Of a DNA stretch of 64,000 nt, positions 58,323 through 64,000 are shown in pieces. Location of the stretch: the IMG/VR virus record IMGVR_UViG_3300000203_000003, positions 64,001 to 128,000 of that record; one strand, written 5' to 3'. Source of the stretch: a virus (Duplodnaviria; Caudoviricetes). Under the pieces are notes generated by a model. That model searched no databases, had not been told where the DNA came from, and saw only the letters and a program-made list of their open reading frames with translations. The position numbers were made by a program, and so were the translations under genes. Numbering within the stretch: position 1 is the first letter of the stretch; each line of letters opens with the position of its first letter.

Positions 58323-60425
58323 ATGCAAATCAAACACCTCGAAGAATGTTCAACAACTGCAGGCGCTGTAGCAACATTCGCTCAACCATTTGAAACCGTT
58401 CAAAAGCGCACTCCGGAGAAGAAACTTAAAGGTAGCAATCTACTCAAAGGTATCAAAACTTCAGCGAAGTATGCTAACAGCCTACACGAAGGCGAGGGTT
58501 TCCCGCATGATGTAGATCACATGCCCGGTCAAACTATCAAACACCAGAATACAAACTGCACTGCTTGTCATGGTCGCAAGGTGCAGTATAAACTCGGTGG
58601 CAAACTATACCCAGACAATAAGAAAGGTGCCACTAAAGTTATATGCCCAACTTGCAACGGTACCGGTGATAAGGAGCATACCGACACAGAAGATGGCCGC
58701 AATTATGCTAATGCGTTTGGTACATACCAGTATGAGTCAGTCGAAGAAGGCGCCAAGGTAGATCGCATGGTCGGTCATGTCAAATCAAGCGAGAAGAAAC
58801 TTGGCAAGTCCTCGAAAGAAGCAGAAAATATCGCCTGGGCAACCGCCAACAAGCGTGGTATGCTTGATAACAAGAATAAGAAGGTGGCGGAAGGCTTCTC
58901 TAATGATATGTCTACAGAAGATATGATTGCGTATCTAAGACAGCACCACGATGAGAATCTACACCCCGATTATCTAAATCATCTTACTAATACGAACAGC
59001 AAGTTTGTGCTAAAAAATATCCCACTAAATTCCATCAGAACTGAATTGTCAGGATTAGATAGAACAAAAGTAGAGCAATACAAAAAGATGGACTTTAGCA
59101 AGGCTCCCCCTATAGTAGTTGGTAGTGATGGTAATATATTAGATGGCTATCACAGAGCCAATGTAGCAAAAGCATTAGGGATCTCTACTATTAAAGCCTA
59201 TGTTGGCATTAAAGGTCAGCAAGGTGTGGCGGAAGCAGACGATAAAAAAGAATGGCAAAAACAAAATGCTAAACCAAAACAGTTAGGAAAAACTGAAAAG
59301 TATTTCTCTACGAGACATACTACTAAAGATACTGGCGCAGCCGACAAAGAGCAAGGTGTGGCGGAAGGCTCCATATCTGATTTGTTGAACAAGGATCCTA
59401 CATCTCCAAAATTTAACGACCATTCAGCACCACGCAAAACAAAACATTCTGGTAGCACCCCGACCCCATATGAGCAAGGCAGATTAGATGCCCACAGAAA
59501 AAAGTCATATAACAATATCCACAACAGCGAACAGGATGCAGAAGATTATAAAACTGGATATAGACACGTTAAATCTAGGCAAGGTGTGGCGGAAGCAAAT
59601 ACACTACCAGCAGGACAGGCTGTTGCAGCACAACCTCAAGCAGGTAAGAAGTCTGGCCCGATAAACATGGTGGGCCCTGATAAGAACAAGCACGTAGATG
59701 TTAGTGCTAATCCTTCTGTGGCACAATCTAATGACCCGGAATTAAGACGCAAATCTGAGTGGGCGCAGCGACACTACGGTGCTACTCTAAGCCCTGATGA
59801 AGCCATGAACAAGTGGATGCAGCGAGGACTAGACATTACTGAAAAGAACGATAAGCGCCACGACGCAGAGATTGCCAAACTGATGAAAGAAATAGCCGGC
59901 CTTAAACGTATCATTAATAACCTGCACCCGGCGGCAACCGGAGCATCTAACGTTGCTGAAGGTGAAATCACAGAAGATGATGTAGTTCTATCTGCTGACC
60001 GTCGTCGCCCTAAATCAGGACTGCTATCTAAACCAGAGCAGGCGATGAACCCCGCTGATGTGGTGAAGCTTGACGTTCCATTGCTGATCAGACTGCTTGA
60101 GTTTGCCAAGGAAGATGCGGCTGACGATATGGCTCTACATGATCTTGCTGAAAAGCTAGTAGCAGGTTGCCAACGTGGCAGAACTCTGACAATGAAAGAC
60201 TATGATAGTCTTGTCCCTTCAACACCAGAAGCACCTGGCCCAGATGAACAGGAGGACTTCGAAGGCAAGTTCAATCAAGAGATGGATGAAATCAGTGATC
60301 CCGCAGTAAAGAGTTATCTTGGCAAAGCAATGACTGATACACTCACAGGTAAGAAAGATCGTAATTCTGGTATGAAACGTGCGATTAGCAGGTTAGCTGG
60401 GACAAATAAACCACTGACTAAATAA
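58323..60425 (+). CDS. Modular protein: Zn-finger, ParB/Srx-like domain and small modules joined by (QG)VAE linkers
   Basis: CTACHG..CPTCNG; PPIVV..ILDGYHRA; repeated GVAE[AG]. Confidence 0.7.
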   Translation: MQIKHLEECSTTAGAVATFAQPFETVQKRTPEKKLKGSNLLKGIKTSAKYANSLHEGEGFPHDVDHMPGQTIKHQNTNCTACHGRKVQYKLGGKLYPDNKKGATKVICPTCNGTGDKEHTDTEDGRNYANAFGTYQYESVEEGAKVDRMVGHVKSSEKKLGKSSKEAENIAWATANKRGMLDNKNKKVAEGFSNDMSTEDMIAYLRQHHDENLHPDYLNHLTNTNSKFVLKNIPLNSIRTELSGLDRTKVEQYKKMDFSKAPPIVVGSDGNILDGYHRANVAKALGISTIKAYVGIKGQQGVAEADDKKEWQKQNAKPKQLGKTEKYFSTRHTTKDTGAADKEQGVAEGSISDLLNKDPTSPKFNDHSAPRKTKHSGSTPTPYEQGRLDAHRKKSYNNIHNSEQDAEDYKTGYRHVKSRQGVAEANTLPAGQAVAAQPQAGKKSGPINMVGPDKNKHVDVSANPSVAQSNDPELRRKSEWAQRHYGATLSPDEAMNKWMQRGLDITEKNDKRHDAEIAKLMKEIAGLKRIINNLHPAATGASNVAEGEITEDDVVLSADRRRPKSGLLSKPEQAMNPADVVKLDVPLLIRLLEFAKEDAADDMALHDLAEKLVAGCQRGRTLTMKDYDSLVPSTPEAPGPDEQEDFEGKFNQEMDEISDPAVKSYLGKAMTDTLTGKKDRNSGMKRAISRLAGTNKPLTK
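59219..59595 (+). repeat. Three identical 17-nt dispersed repeats GCAAGGTGTGGCGGAAG (59219, 59351, 59579)
   Basis: Seen directly; partial copy AAGGTGGCGGAAGG at 58881. Confidence 0.9.
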
Positions 60426-60429
60426 TCGT

Positions 60430-62253
60430 ATGAGAGCATTAGAGTTTTTAAACGAAATAGCAATGAATCCGAACTCCCTGAGAAGGGACGCCGAGAAGAT
60501 CAACGCCATGGCAGGCATGGAGTTTGAGATGTATGTCCCGAACGCAGGTGGGCCAGACAATGACTACGAATCTGTGCCTGACTATAGTATGGATGAGCAG
60601 GCCAATGATATAGACTATATCATCCGCTTCTTTAACGGCGGCGATGGCTACAATGATCGTAGAGATTTAGCAATGCTGCGTGACGAACTTGAAGATGCTT
60701 ACTCTGAATGGGGCATGGAGCAACAATCTGAACAGTGGCACCAAGAAGGTAAAGAACTGCTGAAAACATACATGGAAGAAAATGATTGGGACGCCGACGA
60801 AGCAATCGATCAAGCAATGAATGATCTTGGATTCACCGCAGAAGAAAAAGACGAAGCCAAAGACGGTGGAGACTCTGCAAAAGGCATACAGACAAGTAAA
60901 GAGTTACCTGATACGCCGGCGTATCATAACTGGGTCCGAGCCGTTACCGTTGCTGAAGAAGCATTTGATGAAAAAGTAGAAGAAGAATGGGACTCTCAAG
61001 GCAGGTTATATGACAAGGCCCGTGAAGAATGGGAAAATGATTGGGAATGTCCTGATCAACGTGACTTCCTACGTGATAACAACCTCCGTCGCATGAGTGA
61101 TGTGGAAAATAACTACACTATTACATGGCCGTATCGCACCGCGCCTGAAGCCGGTGAGCTTGACATGGATTCAGTCGGTGAGATGTTCAGCAAAGCAATG
61201 GGTAAGAAAGTCATAACCGGTGGATATCATCGTGCCGGTCGTTCTCCAACTGCATACTCACTTGAACCGGACGGAAGTCTTGACTCACCGAATGAACCTG
61301 AAGATGGTGGTCTGGAATTCATCAGTCCGCCGATGTCTATCCCTGATATCATCGCTGATCTGAAGAAAGTTAAAGCATGGGCAGATGAGACCGGTTGCTA
61401 CACAAACGAATCAACCGGTCTTCACATCAATGTCAGCGTGCCTCAAGGTGCCGACAGAGACTATGTTAAACTTGCTCTGTTGCTCGGAGATGATTACATA
61501 CTTGAACAATTCGGGCGTGAAGCAAACACATTCTGTAAGTCAGCACTGGCCAAAGTAAAGCAATACGCAATGACACGTGATGCAGATGCCAAAGCAGTTC
61601 TGGAAAAGATGCGTTCAGGTCTTGACAAGTTTGCGTCAAAAGCAATTCACAGTGGCAACACAGACAAATACATCAGCATCAACAACAAAGGTGACTACAT
61701 TGAGTTCAGATCGCCCGGCGGCGATTGGTTAGATGATAACTTCGACAAGATTGAAAATACGTTGTTGAGAACTGTAGTTGCGCTTGACGCCGCAAGTGAT
61801 CCACAGAAGTATCGCAAAGAATATCTGAAGAAGCTGTACAAGATCCTGGCCCCAAAGGGTGAAGGCGATCCGATTGGTATCTTCGCCAAGTATGTCGCCG
61901 GTGATATGCCAGCAGCCGCCCTAAAAAGCTTCATCAAGCAGGTACAGCTACAAAGAAATATTAAGAAACAGGGCCCCGAAGTAGCAGCGCCGGCTGCTAG
62001 CATCAGAACACGCTCCGGTTATCTGACTCCTAATCAAGATTGGGAACCTGAAACAACTCAACCCGGCACTACGCCTGGTATGGTCCCGTGGGCGCTTGTT
62101 AATCGTAATACCGGTGAACACATTGGCGAACCATTTATGGCGCCACCGGGCGCCGTAAACGCCGGCGCATATGACCGAGCGATTGAGATAGTAAATCAAA
62201 TGGGACTAACACCGGAGCAACGACGGGAACTCATCGTTCAACCGGCAGACTAA
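60430..62253 (+). CDS. Putative amidoligase (COOH-NH2 ligase family)
   Basis: GMEFE, EPDGSL, GLEFISP, TNESTGLHINV, KY.SIN, IEFRSPGG. Confidence 0.8.
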   Translation: MRALEFLNEIAMNPNSLRRDAEKINAMAGMEFEMYVPNAGGPDNDYESVPDYSMDEQANDIDYIIRFFNGGDGYNDRRDLAMLRDELEDAYSEWGMEQQSEQWHQEGKELLKTYMEENDWDADEAIDQAMNDLGFTAEEKDEAKDGGDSAKGIQTSKELPDTPAYHNWVRAVTVAEEAFDEKVEEEWDSQGRLYDKAREEWENDWECPDQRDFLRDNNLRRMSDVENNYTITWPYRTAPEAGELDMDSVGEMFSKAMGKKVITGGYHRAGRSPTAYSLEPDGSLDSPNEPEDGGLEFISPPMSIPDIIADLKKVKAWADETGCYTNESTGLHINVSVPQGADRDYVKLALLLGDDYILEQFGREANTFCKSALAKVKQYAMTRDADAKAVLEKMRSGLDKFASKAIHSGNTDKYISINNKGDYIEFRSPGGDWLDDNFDKIENTLLRTVVALDAASDPQKYRKEYLKKLYKILAPKGEGDPIGIFAKYVAGDMPAAALKSFIKQVQLQRNIKKQGPEVAAPAASIRTRSGYLTPNQDWEPETTQPGTTPGMVPWALVNRNTGEHIGEPFMAPPGAVNAGAYDRAIEIVNQMGLTPEQRRELIVQPAD

Positions 62254-62254
62254 T

Positions 62255-62641
62255 ATGAGAGCCACAGAGTTTCTATCCGAGAGTCAGCAAACAACGCTGA
62301 ATGATTTATACGACAGTGATCTTCCGGGGCGCGATGAATCTCTATGGGATGAGATAGGAACAATGGATCTTGACACGCCGTTGATGATTCATACGATGCC
62401 CCGATACAAAATAGAAATCATGTTGCTTGGTCAATACCGGGTCGAGCACCTTGATGAAATTGTTGACATGATGGCCCCGGATCAGAAAGAAATTCTTGAA
62501 CGCTACATGAATGATCCAACATTAGCTGACAAAGTTATTGTGATATCTGAGCATAGGATCATCGACGGCAATCATCGTGCGTTGGCAGCAGCATATAAAG
62601 GCACTTCGATTAAATACATTGATCTATCAGAACTACAATGA
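62255..62641 (+). CDS. ParB/Srx-like domain protein
   Basis: IIDGNHRALAA; N-terminus MRATEFLSE. Confidence 0.7.
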   Translation: MRATEFLSESQQTTLNDLYDSDLPGRDESLWDEIGTMDLDTPLMIHTMPRYKIEIMLLGQYRVEHLDEIVDMMAPDQKEILERYMNDPTLADKVIVISEHRIIDGNHRALAAAYKGTSIKYIDLSELQ

Positions 62642-64000
62642 GAGCCCATATATTTCTATACGAAACAATAGATCCTACAAGAGAGGATCTGGTCAGCGTG
62701 GCTCAATGGCTACACGCCGAACCTGATCAGATTGAAGTTCATATCAAGCATGAACCTATTGACAAGTTCCTGGGTCAGATCAAAGAGATGCACGGAACCT
62801 TCAATGAGTTTCCCAAAGACGAACGGCGAACAAACAAGATTCTTCGTCTGTTGAAACAAGGTGCCACTCCGATGCCAATGTATGTGGAGCAGGGCGATCC
62901 TGATCTATTCGTCATGGAAGGTCGCCATCGTATGGTTGCGTTCTGGCTCGCCGGAATGAAGACAGTTCCCGTGGCGTATGCGTCAAAGAAGTTAGACGAA
63001 ACAATAAATCCTGATATTCTTAATAAAAAATTCAATCATACTCAAGAGATTGGTGATTATACTTACAAAGCGTCAGTTGAGATATTTATGGATGAACCAT
63101 TGTTGAACATTAAAGCATATGATGGTAATAAAGAAATAGGTCAAATATTGTTTCAAATATTTGACTGGGAAGATGATACGAACGATGGATACATGGAAAG
63201 TGGCGGCACTGAAGTTGATCCAAAATATAGAAATAAAGGTGTAGCATCCACTATGTATGCGTATGCGAAGATGTTGGGCAATGATATAAGACCTAGTTTT
63301 CAACGAACTACAGCGGGTAGAGGAATGTGGGACGCATGGCAAAAGTCAGGTGATGATAAACATCTCGTCGCTGAGGATTCCTATAGTCCGCCAACACTAC
63401 ACACCGGTGACAAAATTTTGAAGGGAAAATTTAAGAACAGTCCTGCTGAGATTAAAGGCTTCGGTAAGGACAAACATAACCAGCCAACCTTGCGGACAAA
63501 TAAAGGTGACATACAGTTGTTCAAGCCTCGAGTGGTTAAACTTATGCCGGATAAATTAGATGAATACGAGCGTGATACTCCCAACAGCAGACAAATCTTC
63601 TCCAAGTTAGAAGGGCTCGGATACAAGAAGTTAGGTCACGGTGCTGACGCCACAGTGTGGGCGAAGGATGATAATCATGTCATCAAGATTCTGATGCCCA
63701 GACGCACTTTGCCAAGTGATGTCACCAATGCTGAAAAAGGCTTTATGACCTTTTATGAATTCTGTAAAAAGCATCCGGAGTTACCTAATCTGCCGCGATT
63801 TATTGATATTGGTGGGCAAGGAACTACTGTGTTTGAAATTAACGGGACGCCGTATAGACAAATCGCAATGGAACGACTGTTGCCGATTCCAGACAAAAGC
63901 TTTGAGCAACGCATAGTGTGGTTGCTGAGTGATCTAGCAAAGATCAGAGCGCCCTGGAGCAATGTAGTCAGCATGTTGAAGAAGCCGGGTACTTGGCCTC
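62638..64000 (+). CDS. Multidomain protein (truncated by window end): ParB-like + GNAT acetyltransferase + small domain + protein-kinase-like
   Basis: Manually translated, open to window end: MRAHIFLYE; VMEGRHR; VDPKYRNKGVAS; LGHGADATVW..VIKI..PNLPRF..IAMERL. Confidence 0.8.
   Translation, partial: MRAHIFLYETIDPTREDLVSVAQWLHAEPDQIEVHIKHEPIDKFLGQIKEMHGTFNEFPKDERRTNKILRLLKQGATPMPMYVEQGDPDLFVMEGRHRMVAFWLAGMKTVPVAYASKKLDETINPDILNKKFNHTQEIGDYTYKASVEIFMDEPLLNIKAYDGNKEIGQILFQIFDWEDDTNDGYMESGGTEVDPKYRNKGVASTMYAYAKMLGNDIRPSFQRTTAGRGMWDAWQKSGDDKHLVAEDSYSPPTLHTGDKILKGKFKNSPAEIKGFGKDKHNQPTLRTNKGDIQLFKPRVVKLMPDKLDEYERDTPNSRQIFSKLEGLGYKKLGHGADATVWAKDDNHVIKILMPRRTLPSDVTNAEKGFMTFYEFCKKHPELPNLPRFIDIGGQGTTVFEINGTPYRQIAMERLLPIPDKSFEQRIVWLLSDLAKIRAPWSNVVSMLKKPGTWP

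Noticed and set aside
59219-59595. 17-nt repeats as a CRISPR array
   Set aside because: Too short, irregular spacing (132 and 228 nt), in frame inside a CDS, no cas genes.
62775-63974. Four minus-strand ORFs at the window end
   Set aside because: They lie opposite an uninterrupted plus-strand ORF from 62638 that the track missed because it has no stop in the window.
1-64000. Stop-codon recoding, DGR/retron, inteins
   Set aside because: Genes are intact in code 11; no reverse transcriptase or intein motifs seen.

Overview
A gene-dense 64-kb segment of a large (probably jumbo) T4-superfamily-like myovirus genome in the standard genetic code. It covers neck and tail-completion genes, tail sheath and tube, head-completion nuclease, a 3565-aa repetitive fibre, GH19 endolysin, holin, dNMP kinase, MazG, NUDIX, clamp loader, a DNA Pol III alpha fragment, PhoH and chaperones (GroES, DnaJ, ClpA). 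It also has nine free-standing GIY-YIG/HNH endonucleases. No tRNA, rRNA or CRISPR array was seen. Four unusual observations stand out. (1) A conserved ~80-nt two-hairpin element with compensatory changes, bounded by convergent TAAATA boxes, sits on the 5' end of five unrelated endonuclease genes; its mismatches become G-U pairs on the antisense strand. (2) A late-gene cluster (52-64 kb) encodes multi-enzyme 'polyproteins' (nucleotidyltransferases, SpoT-like HD hydrolase, ART-like, ParB-like, GNAT, kinase, amidoligase), several with capsid-targeting-like N-termini, with [LVI]-x-E protease-like sites at domain junctions; some junctions are encoded by an identical 17-nt repeat. (3) A ~500-nt hairpin-dense intergenic region is a candidate large ncRNA. 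(4) Many genes have an apparently leaderless TAAATA-N4-6-ATG start. All annotations come from motif recognition by eye; no searches were run.
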